Part shown: piece after piece, positions 1 to 10,745 of the stretch
How positions within the stretch are numbered: the first letter of the stretch is position 1
Layout: the number at the start of each line of letters is the position of its first letter
Notes under the pieces: generated by a model
Told to the model about the DNA's origin: nothing
What the model saw: the letters and a program-made list of their open reading frames with translations, nothing else
Databases searched by the model: none
Origin: an uncultured delta proteobacterium
GTDB lineage: Bacteria; Desulfobacterota; Binatia; UBA9968
Direction of reading: 5' to 3'
Assembly (NCBI GenBank): GCA_963840855.1
Contig: CAWJBB010000030.1
Span: 160,001 to 224,000, forward strand
Length of the DNA: 64,000 bases
Translations under genes and position numbers: made by a program

Positions 1-1
1 A

Positions 2-955
2 TGTGCCAATTTTGTTTTCTTTCGCCCACCGATAAGCCCAAGCCGTTGCGGTGGTGTCCAGCAACGGCATGCCGACACACTCGAAGACAACCGTCTCGTC
101 GGCGTCTTGGCGCGCGGGGACTTTGCCCATAATTACCTCGCCCAATTCGCCGGCGATCCTGTCACCCGACCATATACCGGCGGCGATCATCGCCGCATAA
201 GGCTGGCGCGGCGCCTCGCCGGCCAAAACTTCTTCTTTCCATGAGACGATGATGCGCGATCGGGTGATTAGATCTTGAGGAAGCTGGCCGCCGGTGATGG
301 ATACGACCAAAGCGCCGGGAGAAATCCATGCAGTTTCAAGCACCGGCGCGCGGGAACTGGTTGCGACACAGACGACCGTCGTATTTTGAATTGCGTCCCG
401 CGCGCTGTCTACAGCCTGGATTTCGAGGCCCAGCCAGGCGCTCATTTCTTTTGCGAAGGCGACCCGATGCGCTGCCGTCGGACTGAATACTCGCACGCGC
501 TCGAGCGACGGCAGAGCGCGGCAGATAGCGACCAACTGTCCGCGCGCCTGGCGGCCGCTGCCCAGGAGTCCCAATGTTTTCGCGTGCGGCGGCGCGAGAT
601 GACGAGCCGCGACTCCTCCCGGCGCGCCCGTGCGCCAGATATTCAACTCTCGCCCAGCGACCAGCGCCAGGAGATCGCCGCTGTCATTGTCGAACAGCAA
701 GTGAAAATAGGCGTCTTTGGCGCCGCGAAAAAGCGCGCTGATACGCGCGGCGAAACCCGCCCCAGGCACAGCCGCCGTCATGATGCGATATTTTCGTTTG
801 GTATCCACCAGGCTGGTTTCGACTCTGATTTGATCGGCCACTTCGTCGCGCCCGTGCGCCCCGAGCGAGGCTTCGATCAGATTCAGCAGCTCGTCCATGG
901 CTGCCGGAGTTTGATACAGTTGCTTGAGGTCGTTTTCGCTTAATATAATTGCCAT
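2..955 (-). CDS. Ornithine cyclodeaminase/mu-crystallin family protein (3' end runs off the window)
   Basis: Manual translation from ATG 955: MAIILSENDLKQ...WRTGAPGGVAARHLA...LGLLGSGRQARGQ (Rossmann motif)...ELGEVIMGKVPARQDADETVVFECVG. Frame is open to the window edge. Confidence 0.85.
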   Translation of the reverse strand, partial: MAIILSENDLKQLYQTPAAMDELLNLIEASLGAHGRDEVADQIRVETSLVDTKRKYRIMTAAVPGAGFAARISALFRGAKDAYFHLLFDNDSGDLLALVAGRELNIWRTGAPGGVAARHLAPPHAKTLGLLGSGRQARGQLVAICRALPSLERVRVFSPTAAHRVAFAKEMSAWLGLEIQAVDSARDAIQNTTVVCVATSSRAPVLETAWISPGALVVSITGGQLPQDLITRSRIIVSWKEEVLAGEAPRQPYAAMIAAGIWSGDRIAGELGEVIMGKVPARQDADETVVFECVGMPLLDTTATAWAYRWAKENKIGT

Positions 956-1075
956 GAGATTGCCTATAGCAAAATCATCCGGAGATTGTTACGGCTTTAT
1001 CTAAAGGCGTGTTTGACGGGGTGGCCTCGGACCCATCCGGCGCTGCTTTGTCTTTGTTGAAAGGAGCGGAGTGAT

Positions 1076-1973
1076 ATGGACCACGATTCAAACGTTTTGA
1101 AACTTAAAGCGCTGCTGGGCGACTATCCCAACACGTTGGCATTAAAGAAGGGCGAAGTCCGTTCGCCCCATATCACTTTTGATTTTGCCGACGTGAAGGC
1201 GCCGAGCACCGCTTTCAAAGACGTCGTGCGGCATCTGAAGTATGATGTCGCCGAGCTGGCGATCGTGACTTACCTGCAGGCCAAAGCACATGGCAAACCG
1301 CTGGCGCTGCTTCCCGCCGTCGTCGTCGGCACGTTGCCGCATCCGTTTCTAGCCTATAACGCCGAGCGCGGTCAGCTCACGCCCGCCGATCTCAAGGGCC
1401 GCCGCGTCGGCATCCGCGCCTATTCCGTGACAACCGCGGCCTGGATCCGCGGTATCCTGCAAAACGATCACGGCGTCGATCTCGATAGCATCAAGTGGGT
1501 GACTTTCGAGGATCCCCACGTCGCCGAGTATCATGATCCTGCCACAGCGGAGCGCGCGCCCGCCGGCAAGCAACTCGCACAGATGCTCTTCGATGGCGAA
1601 ATCGATGCGGGACTCGTCGGCGGGCCCGATCTCAAAGACCCGAGACTCCAACCGCTGATTGCCAATCCCAATGAAGCAGCGAAAGCATGGTGCCAACGCA
1701 ACGGCGCATTACCGATCAATCATATGGCTGTGGTCAAAGAATCACTGTTAAAGGCGAACCCATCGGCAGTGAAAGAGATCTTCCGCTTGCTGCGCGAGAG
1801 CAAGCTGGCCGCACCCGACGGCAAGCGGGATAGACCCCATTCAGTTCGGCGTGGAAAATGTCCGGCGCAGTTTGGAATTGATCATCGAGTACTCCGTGCA
1901 GCAGAGGTTGATTCCGAGAAGATTTGAAGTCGACGAATTGTTCGATGACGTCACTCGCGCATTGGGCGGGTAG
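1076..1973 (+). CDS. 4,5-dihydroxyphthalate decarboxylase-like / PhnD-SsuA-type substrate-binding-fold protein (frameshift ~1820)
   Basis: YDVAELAIVTYLQAK and DLKGRRVGIRAYSVTTAAWIRGIL motifs. The C-terminus FGVENVRRSLELIIEYSVQQRLIPRRFEVDELF is in another frame and ends at TAG 1971-1973. Confidence 0.75.
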
Positions 1974-2144
1974 TATTCGTATGGGTTCGACGGACCGCCC
2001 TTTTCGAAATGCCGGATCATCGTGTCCGCCAGGAGTTGGACGCCTGGCGGCCGACGGAGGCTCTCGCAACCTGCGAGCAGGAAAACCGAGAGCAAAGGGA
2101 ATAGAGGAAGCAGTATCAGGTCCTTCGTTTGTCCAAGCTTCCCG

Positions 2145-3200
2145 TTAGCGGGGTGGCAGAGGGTCTCCGCCAGCGAGTTTGTTGAAGAACTCGATAACTT
2201 CACGGTCGCGAGGGATTTCCTTCATCGCCTTTTCCTGGTCTTCTGCCGTCAGAGGCGTAGCATCAGCGCCCGTGAGTTTTTTGAAGTCCTTTAGGAACGC
2301 GGGGTCCCGAAAAGTCTTGCGCAAGGCGTCCGCCACAATCTCGACGCGATCCTTAGGAGTTCCCGGGGGAAAGAGATAAGGCGTGCCAACCAGCCTGAAA
2401 GCTCGGTGCATGAGCAAGAGTTTTTGCTCCCTGGCGGATTTAGTAAAGCTCTCGAGCGTAGGCAGCTGAGCGAACCGAGGATGCTTGGGGACTTTGGGAG
2501 TCTCGAGGATGGCGTGAAAATCTACCAGACCCTTGTCAATCCAGCCCGGCGTTCTCTCGACCGATTCCGAGACCTGTGACCGGCCATCCACCTCTCCCTG
2601 GGCGAGAGCGACGACCATCTCCGGGTCGCTGTAGCCGGTAACGAACCTCGGCTCTTTCAAGCCGAGCATGTAGGCAAACGTACGGCCGGTAAGATAAATT
2701 TCGTGCCCGACTGCATGAGCCACAATTCTCAGCCCTGTGTGGGCGCGCAGTTTCTCCAAAGTGCTGAGCCCGAGATTGCTGTTTGTCAGAAAAATATAGT
2801 GAGTCCCGGTGTTCGGCGTGCCGAGATAGATGAATTTGTCGAGATCATATTCGACGCCGGGCTCACCCAGGATGGCATTCGATATGAGCCCGCTACCAAT
2901 GTTAGCGAGGGTTAGACCGTCGGGACGAGCCCTATGATACATGTAATTTCCCGCCTTTCGACCTCCGCTGCCCTCCATGAACTCCATTACGATGGTAGGA
3001 TTTCCAGGAATGTGCTTACTCAGGTGGGGAATGACAGCTCTGACTCTTCTCTCTCCTACCCCGCCGGGGCTACTGCCGCGAACAAGAGTGATGGTCTTCC
3101 CTTGATAAAAGGGGGTTTGTGAAAAAGCGAAATCTGGAGCGAAATGAAAGATGAGCAATAAGCTAAAGGCGACATGCAATAAGCGTCTTTGATCTCTCAT
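2145..3200 (-). CDS. Tripartite tricarboxylate transporter substrate-binding protein (Bug/TctC family)
   Basis: Signal peptide, FYQGKTITLV, KHIPGNPTIV, PDGLTL, PPGTPKDRV...LRKTFRDP. Confidence 0.85.
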   Translation of the reverse strand: MRDQRRLLHVAFSLLLIFHFAPDFAFSQTPFYQGKTITLVRGSSPGGVGERRVRAVIPHLSKHIPGNPTIVMEFMEGSGGRKAGNYMYHRARPDGLTLANIGSGLISNAILGEPGVEYDLDKFIYLGTPNTGTHYIFLTNSNLGLSTLEKLRAHTGLRIVAHAVGHEIYLTGRTFAYMLGLKEPRFVTGYSDPEMVVALAQGEVDGRSQVSESVERTPGWIDKGLVDFHAILETPKVPKHPRFAQLPTLESFTKSAREQKLLLMHRAFRLVGTPYLFPPGTPKDRVEIVADALRKTFRDPAFLKDFKKLTGADATPLTAEDQEKAMKEIPRDREVIEFFNKLAGGDPLPPR

Positions 3201-3833
3201 GGTTCCCTCCTTGGATTGATAGAGGAATCTAGGCAGCTTGCTTTCGCCGTGTCAATATGGCGCTTGTGACGTAATCGGGTAACCGTAATCGTGTCAGACT
3301 TGCCTAACGCTACTAACTCCAGACTTTGACAAATCAAACAAAGACAATCACGTCCTCAAGCCGGGAACCGCACGGTGATGGTCAAGCAAGGACAATCGAT
3401 TCTGCTGAAAAACCCCCGTTTGATTTTCGATCGACGCTAAGAAAAGGTGCTGCTGCGAACGCGATGTTTGCCAAACGGGAAATGTTTACGGGGTTACGGC
3501 GCCACAACCAAGAGAAGTGGCTCGCTCCTAGCCTAAAGCCGGACTCAATGCCGCTGTTCTCATTTGGAAGGCGAGCAAATTTAGATATCGTTTCACATTG
3601 CATGCAGCCCATCTACAAGCCCACGCGCGCCACTGCGCCTCGCCTTCCCAGCCGCACTCGCGTCGCGATGGCTGCCGGGACTGTTCCCGGAAAAGACGGA
3701 ATAGCCTGCGTCCCATCTCATGGCTGCACATTTCGAGACGAATAGGGTCCGGTCCTTGATCGTGCTATTTGGGAGGCTCAGGAATATCTTTGCTCCCGCG
3801 CCCCGGGCGTGAGTAAACATCGGTCTGTTGGTG

Positions 3834-3851
3834 AGCACCAAATATGGTGCT
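3834..3851. promoter_or_regulatory. Palindromic TA autorepression operator
   Basis: AGCACCA-AATA-TGGTGCT inverted repeat ~30 bp upstream of the Phd-type antitoxin start. Confidence 0.55.
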
Positions 3852-3882
3852 ATCTTTGATGTCATCGAAGTGGGAGGACGGC

Positions 3883-4167
3883 ATGCCGATCAATCTTTCA
3901 GAAGACATTCGCTCGGTGACAGATCTTAAACGCAAAACCAAGGAAATTCTAAGTCAGGTTCATCGCACCAAAAGACCGGTCGTGCTGACGCTCAATGGCA
4001 AAGCTGACGCCGTCCTCATGGATACGACAACGTATGAGAAGCACCTGAAGGCCGGCAACATGGCACGGTACCTTGCTCCGGCGGAACAAGATATTGCAGG
4101 CGGGCATAGTCGATGGATGCGAACCTTTCTGAAAGAATTCAAACGTGCCCGCAAAATTCCGCGTTAG
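3883..4167 (+). CDS. Type II TA antitoxin, Phd/YefM family
   Basis: GGAGG RBS; IRSVTDLKRKTKEILSQVHRTKRPVVLTLNGKADAVLM is a typical Phd N-terminus; overlaps the downstream toxin start. Confidence 0.85.
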   Translation: MPINLSEDIRSVTDLKRKTKEILSQVHRTKRPVVLTLNGKADAVLMDTTTYEKHLKAGNMARYLAPAEQDIAGGHSRWMRTFLKEFKRARKIPR

Positions 4168-4459
4168 GATCACGCGCACGGCGGAGCGGAACGTCGAGAA
4201 CATTTAGAGTTTTATCGCGCAAGACAGCCCGGAAGAAGCCAGTCGGTTTATCGACCGTCTGGAAGACTAGATCGCAACCCTGGAGCGGTTCCCCGAAAGA
4301 TGTCCCCTCATTCCTGAAAACGAAATTCTCGGTACGCGATACCGACATCTGCTTTACGGTAGCTACCGAAGCGTGTTTCGCGTTAGGGGAAAAACGGTTT
4401 ACGTTATGCGGATAATCCATGGAGCGAGGCTTTTAGACAGCTCCATGTTCGAAGATTAG
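4145..4459 (+). pseudogene. RelE/ParE-family toxin with two in-frame TAG stops (4205-4207, 4268-4270)
   Basis: VPAKFRVRITRTAERNVENI*SFIAQDSPEEASRFIDRLED*IATLERFPERCPLIPE...YRHLLYGSYRSVFRVRGKTVYVMRIIHGARL. Confidence 0.85.
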
Positions 4460-4654
4460 CAACGAGCGAGGCGACGGCGCTTGTTCCGTATGCACTATCC
4501 TTTTGCCGGTGCGATTCGCCAGCAAGAGTGTTACACGCACGAATTCTCCGTGCGAAGTCGTGCCGACGAACACGTCTCACGAACACGATCACGACGGCTC
4601 GAAGACAGCGAGCCAATCCCGGAAGAATGTCGAGACGGAGAATCCGGTTAACCG

Positions 4655-7439
4655 TTAAACGTTGTTCTGCTCGGGTGCGTGGGGAGTTGTTCTTCGTCTG
4701 CGTCTCCGTTTGTATTCAGCGAAAGCATCGACGTCTGTCTCGCCCGAACGTAAGAAGTCCAGGAAGCTTACCCCTTTGAATTTGCAGCTTTGGCAAATGC
4801 TAAGAAGAATCAAATACTCGCGAATTCCTTTTTCGTTGGGCAGACCATTAAAATCTCTACGCAGCAACGCAAATGCTTTGATCGCGTGTTCAGCGTTGTT
4901 GTTATTCCAAGGCACTCCGTCAAAATCCAAAAAGGTGAAAAGGCCGCAGCGGTTCTTTTCCAAGCGCGTTTTGCACTTCAGTGCGGTTTCGGTCTGATAC
5001 TCTCGATCAGCGAGGCTCTTGAAATAGCGATCCACAGCCATCTTATGCGCACGCAGGAAGCGGGCTTTCAAGCCAAATCGGTCCACCGTCGCAATTATCG
5101 CCCTCAAGAGCACGGCAAACTCACTAACGAGTCCCTTCATCTCCTCGTTGAAGGGTTCTTTCATCAAGTCGTCGTTCAGGTCCCGAATCAGGTGAACCAA
5201 GCACTTCTGCTGCGGGCAATCCAAGGAGTCATAGGCGGCATAGAAATCAGAAACGAGCACCCCTTTGAAATCCTTGAGGAGAGAATGCACCAAATCCCCT
5301 TCCCTCGAAGCGGCATATACGTACACCACATCTTCCAAGTTCGTGAACGCCCAGACATATCCAACACCAGTCTTCAGGTTAACTCTGGTTTCATCGGCAT
5401 GCACGAGGCGCCCAGTTGCTATCTTCTTAATTAGTCTTTCGTAAGTAGCCTCGTAGAATGCAGCGGCGTTTGCCTTGAATCTGTTTGCCATACTGCGGGG
5501 AAGATCGAACCCAAGCACCTCATTCAGAAAGATGGCCACTCTATTTAGTGGTATCCCAAGTCCAATGTTCTCGTATACGGAGAAAGCACGGAGATTCTCG
5601 CCGAATTTTTTGTTGGTCCAAGTGTGGTCATGATTCCGAAAGACAGCCCTACATTCCGGGCACCGATAGAGGTGGAAGAGATACCTCGTGATCCATCTTT
5701 TGATTCCATAGATACCGAACTTGACGTCAAGCACGGTTTTGCTGCACTTTCGGTGCTTGTAGATTTTTGTGCCGCGACACTTGGGACAGCGTACAGGCGC
5801 AGACCACGTAAGGATTTTGTTTGCGCGGAGCTTGGCCCGCCTCGGTTTGTGAGCTTTCTGTGCGATTTTCCTGAGCCGCTGACTAGATCTAACCAAGATT
5901 CTTTCCCGCTGGTAATTCCAATAGGCGGCTTGGTTGATCGTCTCAAGTTCGGGGACTTGAAACTGCACCTTTTGAAACTTGAAGAGTGAGTTCCGGGGCA
6001 AGGATTCGACGTTGACAACCAGATCGCGGTCCCCATCTGTCGGTACAGCGATTGATGTCGAAAGGCTGCTGAGAAACTCAGTCAAAAGCCGCAGGCCTTC
6101 ACAGTCCTCCGCGTTGTACTCTATCAGCGCTTCCTTTACCGTCGGGTGGCGTGACTTCTCCCATTGGAGCCGCCAAATTACCGCCATCGCGCCCGATGCG
6201 TTCGGCGCTGACCATTTGAACCCCAACGACTTAGCACAGTCTTTGAGGCCGTTTGAGTGACTGGGAAAGTAAATACTCGCAAAAACGACGGACAGTAGAT
6301 TCAATGGTGATGCCACCGCTGTTGCCGCTCCTGAATTCATTGCCGGTTCTCCGTGCCGTTCACACATCCGCTTCAGGAACGTCGTTTCGTAACTGCCGTA
6401 GTGGATCAACACCGGATTATCGAGCCCAGAGAGCACCTCGAGAAAGTCGCTCCAGATTCGTCTCTCTTCGTCCACGCTGTCGGCCCACAAACTGTGCTGA
6501 ACGATTTTTTGCGCAGTTTTGACCCGGACGCCGATGAGGTAATAGAAATCACGATCTGGAAGTCCCTCGACATCTAGATACACAGGCGTCCCCTCAAGCT
6601 TCAAATCCGGACTGTCGACGATGTGGATTTTGCGCTCCCGAATCGCGAGAGCCTTAAGGGCGTGGTGATACTTCCCGCGCTTTTGAGCGAGGCGCTTTGG
6701 CCTGCGGCGTGGCCGGAAGGTGTAAGAGAGTTGGGTAACGCTGAAGATGCCCTTGCTGTGGAACTTTCTTCGCTCCTTCTCAGTCATCCGAGAGAGAAGG
6801 CTGAGGTCGTCTTTCTCAATCGCCTTTTGGCGACATCGGATTTGAAACTCGCATGCTGCACAATGCCGATTCAGAACGAGGTCGGGCGGTGATGGACTGG
6901 AAAGCAGCGCGGCAATCTTCCCGGTCAGCTTTCGCACCTCGCCTGCCAGAGGCGAAGTCTTGACCTTCAGCGTGGCATGGTGATCTCCGTAGATTATCTT
7001 GCCAAGGGCAACGTTACGTCCGTGGATCTCCGACAATATGAGCGCGTCGAACGCGAGCAACACTTTGTCGTCGCGAGTGAGTTTGTTGGTGAAGACGAAC
7101 CGAATCGGAATGAACTGAACGGGCTTGCCGCGCCCCTCTAACGAGAAGCGTTCGACCGCATGCATGCTAGATTCTAGATTCTCCGTATGGGCAACGACGT
7201 CGACAGCCAGTCGCCACTTTGAGGTTTTGAGGCGGCCCATATCGGACGAGGTGCGAACGCATTCACCGGAGGGGAGTCTATCAATTAAGCGTTCACGCCC
7301 CTCGTTACGGTAGCTCTCGCTCTCGGTCTGTATCCAGTTCGCGTAAGGATTGCTTACTGTCAGTTTCGCCCAGCGATTTGAGGAAGCATTTGGTGGGGCA
7401 TTTTAAGTAGGCCTCGAATACACCGGATGTCACAGTCAT
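4655..7439 (-). mobile_element. IS66-family DDE transposase fused to an N-terminal TM0106/RecB-Cas4-like nuclease and an RNase H-like exonuclease domain (frameshift ~7355)
   Basis: N-terminal FEAYLKCPTKCFL; LNRHCAACEFQIRC; YLDVEG...HYGSYE...YNAEDC (DEDD-like); CPKC...CPEC zinc finger; HADET, VSDFYAAY, QKCLVHLIRD, NNNAEHAIK (IS66 core). Confidence 0.8.
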
Positions 7440-7832
7440 GGCACGAGCACACTCCTGTCCAGGACAAGGGATATCAACATCGCACAAACTGGGCTAGGAG
7501 GGGCCGCTAGTGATGGGATCTTAAAATGACTAGGGGAAGAAAACGAGGGGAAAAAAAGGGGTCGTGAAAAGCGCTGGGATGAACCGGCATGCAGTAGCGG
7601 ATGAGAGAGCCGCACAAGAAAGGAGCGAGCAACTGGATTGTTGTCTTGCTAGAATAAATTCTTAATTTCGCCGCCTTCATAGTAATTCCACTTAAACAAC
7701 AACGTTAATTGCCCCCCAGAGGCATTTATTCTTATTCCTTCTCTCTTGCAAAGCCCGTGACGGATTTTTACCGAGCGCGGGAGTTGTGTTATGGCTCCAT
7801 GTGCAATTAGCTTACATTCCCGTGGAGGTGCT

Positions 7833-8276
7833 ATGGCTGAATCACCAAAACTCTGCCGTTATTGCTTCCAGGAAATAAACCCACTCGCGACAGTTTGCCA
7901 TCACTGTTCAAAATTACAAACCGGATTTTTCAAATTCCTAAATTATATTACGGTCGCGGAGGTACTGTCTTTCTTCATATCCTTAGGTCTCCTATGGTTC
8001 TCTGTAGCACAATTTAATACTGCTAACTCGCAACTTGTTCAGGCCAGCGAGGCAAACTCAAAAGCTGAGAGCGCTCTAAAAAAGGCTACTGCTATAGAAA
8101 CCCAAGTTTTGGACGCCCGTCGCGACGTGTTAAAGGTCGCCGAGTGCGTCATGGAAATTGCTCAAATACTTCCACGCACGGGCGGATTTGGCGGAGGGTT
8201 AGGAGAGCCAGATAAAGAAATACTTAAGAAAAATTTGGATTGTTTGAGAAACTTACCCAGTAAGTCGAAACAATAG
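7833..8276 (+). CDS. Hypothetical membrane protein with N-terminal zinc ribbon and coiled coil
   Basis: GGAGG RBS; CRYC...CHHC; one hydrophobic helix; AT-rich codon usage. Confidence 0.55.
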   Translation: MAESPKLCRYCFQEINPLATVCHHCSKLQTGFFKFLNYITVAEVLSFFISLGLLWFSVAQFNTANSQLVQASEANSKAESALKKATAIETQVLDARRDVLKVAECVMEIAQILPRTGGFGGGLGEPDKEILKKNLDCLRNLPSKSKQ

Positions 8277-8580
8277 ATGAAACTATTCTTCTATCTCCGC
8301 CGGCTTCGGCAAAGTGCACGATGAGTCAAGAAAGCAAGTCAAAAAAGGGGACGATTTTTGGACCGCGGAATCTAAAAGTAGCCTGTTCCCATTTGCTATC
8401 CCTTGAGCTCCTACTACGGAAGCAGACGAGGCGGCTGCAAAAACGATAATGCTCGATAGCCACTTCAAATCGACCTTCTTCGCACAACGTCGCCTACATT
8501 ATCATGGCCCCGCATCTTTCGACCACAACCGTTCGAGGTGGATCCCAGGCACGGTGCGGCGCATGTTGCTATGGTCTGCG

Positions 8581-8677
8581 GCTCAACCCTTAACGCTAAC
8601 CTGCCGCCGACCGGGCAACGCGTGGCGGGACCCAAGAGCAACGCGCTTGGGCGGTCAGGTTGAGCGCCTCGTTAGAT
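8581..8677 (-). mobile_element. Integron attC recombination site (97 bp)
   Basis: On the minus strand: R'' ATCTAAC - GAGG - L'' CGCTCAACC ... L' GGTTAGCG - TTAGG - R' GTTGAGC. Imperfect palindrome with an extrahelical base, starting 7 nt after the stop of the upstream minus-strand gene. Confidence 0.75.
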
Positions 8678-8684
8678 TGCACCG

Positions 8685-9310
8685 TCATTGCGTTGGGGGC
8701 CTCGGGAGTTGAGAGTCCAATCCCCGGCGCGAATCATCGGATGGGACGCGGAACAAGCGCTGAGCATTTTTTAGGTGCGCGGTTGTTCGCAAGCTGAGCC
8801 AGTGCTCGCGAGTCCGGAAGAAGAGCTTACATGAAACCCAAACAAACGTGGCCTCCTGTGGCACCGAAGTGACGTAGCTGTGACGGAACGCTAGCTTAGG
8901 ATTGATGTACGCGGCGTTCGCGAAAAGCCGCTTGCTTCCAATTCGCGTATCTATGGAATTCGGAAAATGAAGCGGGTGATTTATACGCTCATCGCCATCG
9001 CGGATTTCATCCAAGGGCAGGAGATATCGAACGGACAGCTGAAAATCCTCGGTAGAATTGCCTAACCAGTCCTTTGTTCGAGAGAATTGTGGCCACCTCA
9101 ATCAGCCACTGGTGATCTTGGATTCCTGCGAAAGAGACTTCAGATGCTGAGTTCTGTGCTCGGTTCCGCCTCGCGTCGGACGAGAAACAGCCACGATGCC
9201 CATACCCCGAGGCTATCATCCCTAAAGCGGCTAGCAGGACTTGCCAGGTCAGCGAGTGCCATAGAATCAATCTAAGAGTACCTAGTTCTGTATAGTACGC
9301 CATATTCATT
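8685..9310 (-). CDS. Putative integron cassette protein, membrane-anchored hypothetical (frameshifted; start approximate)
   Basis: ORF pieces 9007-9390 and 8685-9101 join by indels: WQVLLAALGMIASG...EVSFAGIQDHQWLIEVATILSNKGLVRQFY/EDFQLSVRYLL...; followed by attC. Confidence 0.5.
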
Positions 9311-9576
9311 AGGCTCGCCTTGCTGTCACTTTGACCGTTTTTATAATGGAGGACGATTTGTAAAGCTTCTCTGATGACACAAGCCGACAAATGCTGAAAG
9401 TTGTTTCTGTATAGTTAGGCTCATCAGGGTTGTGATTCTGTTACCGAACCCAAGGCAAACGTATGGCAACTGGCAAGCTTAGAATACTCGACTCTACAAG
9501 AACGTCCGGACGGCTCGCTGCAAACGAACTCTTAACCATGCAACCATTGGTCGGACCACGCTATATCTTATTTCTT

Positions 9577-9800
9577 TCAGGGTTTTTTCTCCCAGAGAAT
9601 AGTATTGTCCGGCTTTAGCGCGTCACTTTCGCTGACGAAATTACCCGCATAAGCTTCACTCTTTTCGCACAGCGTATACGTCCCGCCCACCGTGACTTGG
9701 TTTTGGTACCCGATCTTGCTCTTGACCTTTTTGACGCCAGCCAAACTGCCAACCGCGATCGCTTCCGACCAGTGATTCACTTGCACCGCCGTCTCGCCGG
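9577..9800 (-). pseudogene. C-terminal remnant of REP-associated tyrosine transposase (RAYT)
   Basis: WSEAIAVGSLAGVKKVKS...GTYTLCEKSEAYAGNF...NTILW resembles RAYT C-terminal tails. Confidence 0.5.
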
Positions 9801-10006
9801 TAAGGCGCTTCTCCTAACCATTGGCGGTGTGCTTGCTGAAAGTCCCGGCGATACCACGAGCATCTATAGGGTTAGCGACTTCACGGGGGTCGGACCTGCG
9901 TGAGATCTTGATTCCTCAATGTAAGTTTGCAAAATAGGCGTTCTTGAAAGGCTTAGCCGTAGCTTTTTGGCGTTGAAATAGACGATCTAAGGCAAACAGA
10001 AAGCCC

Positions 10007-10058
10007 GTTCCAGCCGTTCCAAACGTTCCACCGCTTCGCTCCGTTCAAATCGTTTAAG
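10007..10058. repeat. 9-bp-unit GTTC(A/C)A tandem repeat
   Basis: GTTCCAGCC GTTCCAAAC GTTCCACCG...GTTCAAATC; same family at 26135, 61214 and 63646. Confidence 0.7.
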
Positions 10059-10125
10059 AAATTGAGACTCGGCCAAGACTTTGAGGACGCAACGCCATTG
10101 AACCGCTCACTCTAAGAAATACGCG

Positions 10126-10180
10126 ATGCCGCACACCAACCGCCATTTTCTGCCTGGGCACGTCTGGCACATCACTCGGA
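10126..10180 (+). pseudogene. N-terminal remnant of RAYT transposase
   Basis: MPHTNRHFLPGHVWHITR matches the RAYT N-terminus (MPRxxR...PG.vwHit.R); homology stops after this. Confidence 0.55.
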
Positions 10181-10424
10181 ATCTGCCTGTCATTTGCTTT
10201 TAAAGAGGCGATGGAGAGTTTGTCACGTCAAAGACAAGCCGTTCTCAGATCAAACTGAAGGATAGCTAAAGCGGCGGTTCCTTGTTGCACTCCTGCGCCA
10301 AATTTGAAGGTGCGGGTGATTCACACCCGCCTCTGCATTCCGGGCATTGACATGGAGACAAACAGTGGTGAAATTTAAATAAAGCTCGCGGTGAGGCGTG
10401 CTTTAGACGAGCGGGAGGTTCAAA

Positions 10425-10745
10425 TTGATGGCTATCAGTCCGACCGGAATGATTAAGAGTCTTGGCTGGGGCCGCTTCTTTCAACTGCTGGTGCATCTGC
10501 CGAGTTTTTTAAAGCTGTTTGCGCAGCTGGTGAAGGATCCAAGAGTAAACATCGCGCCGAAGCTCGTGATCCTGGGTGTTTTAGCTTACGTCGTCCTGCC
10601 GACCGATCTGGTGCCGGATTTTATTCCGGGTTTGGGTTATGCGGACGACTTGGCCGTGTTACTCGCGGGCTTGAAGCTTTTTCTGCGCCTCTGCCCGCCC
10701 GAGGTTGTTCAGGAACATGTAAAGTCGATTGCCGCGGGAAAATGA
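10425..10745 (+). CDS. YkvA/DUF1232 family membrane protein
   Basis: KDPRV...LAYVVLPTDLVPDFIPGLGYADD signature. Confidence 0.9.
   Translation: MMAISPTGMIKSLGWGRFFQLLVHLPSFLKLFAQLVKDPRVNIAPKLVILGVLAYVVLPTDLVPDFIPGLGYADDLAVLLAGLKLFLRLCPPEVVQEHVKSIAAGK

Noticed and set aside
275-943. 222-aa plus-strand ORF and many other overlapping ORFs (e.g. 12632-13351, 24466-25314, 39093-39815)
   Set aside because: Antisense or alternative-frame shadows of recognisable genes in GC-rich DNA.
3300-3330. GCCTAAC (and GTTAGGC at ~9414) as further attC/attI cores
   Set aside because: No matching L boxes or complementary R' site could be found.
4460-4655. Terminal inverted repeats of the IS66-like element (compared with 7440-7700)
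   Set aside because: No convincing inverted pair or target duplication seen by eye, so element ends remain undefined.
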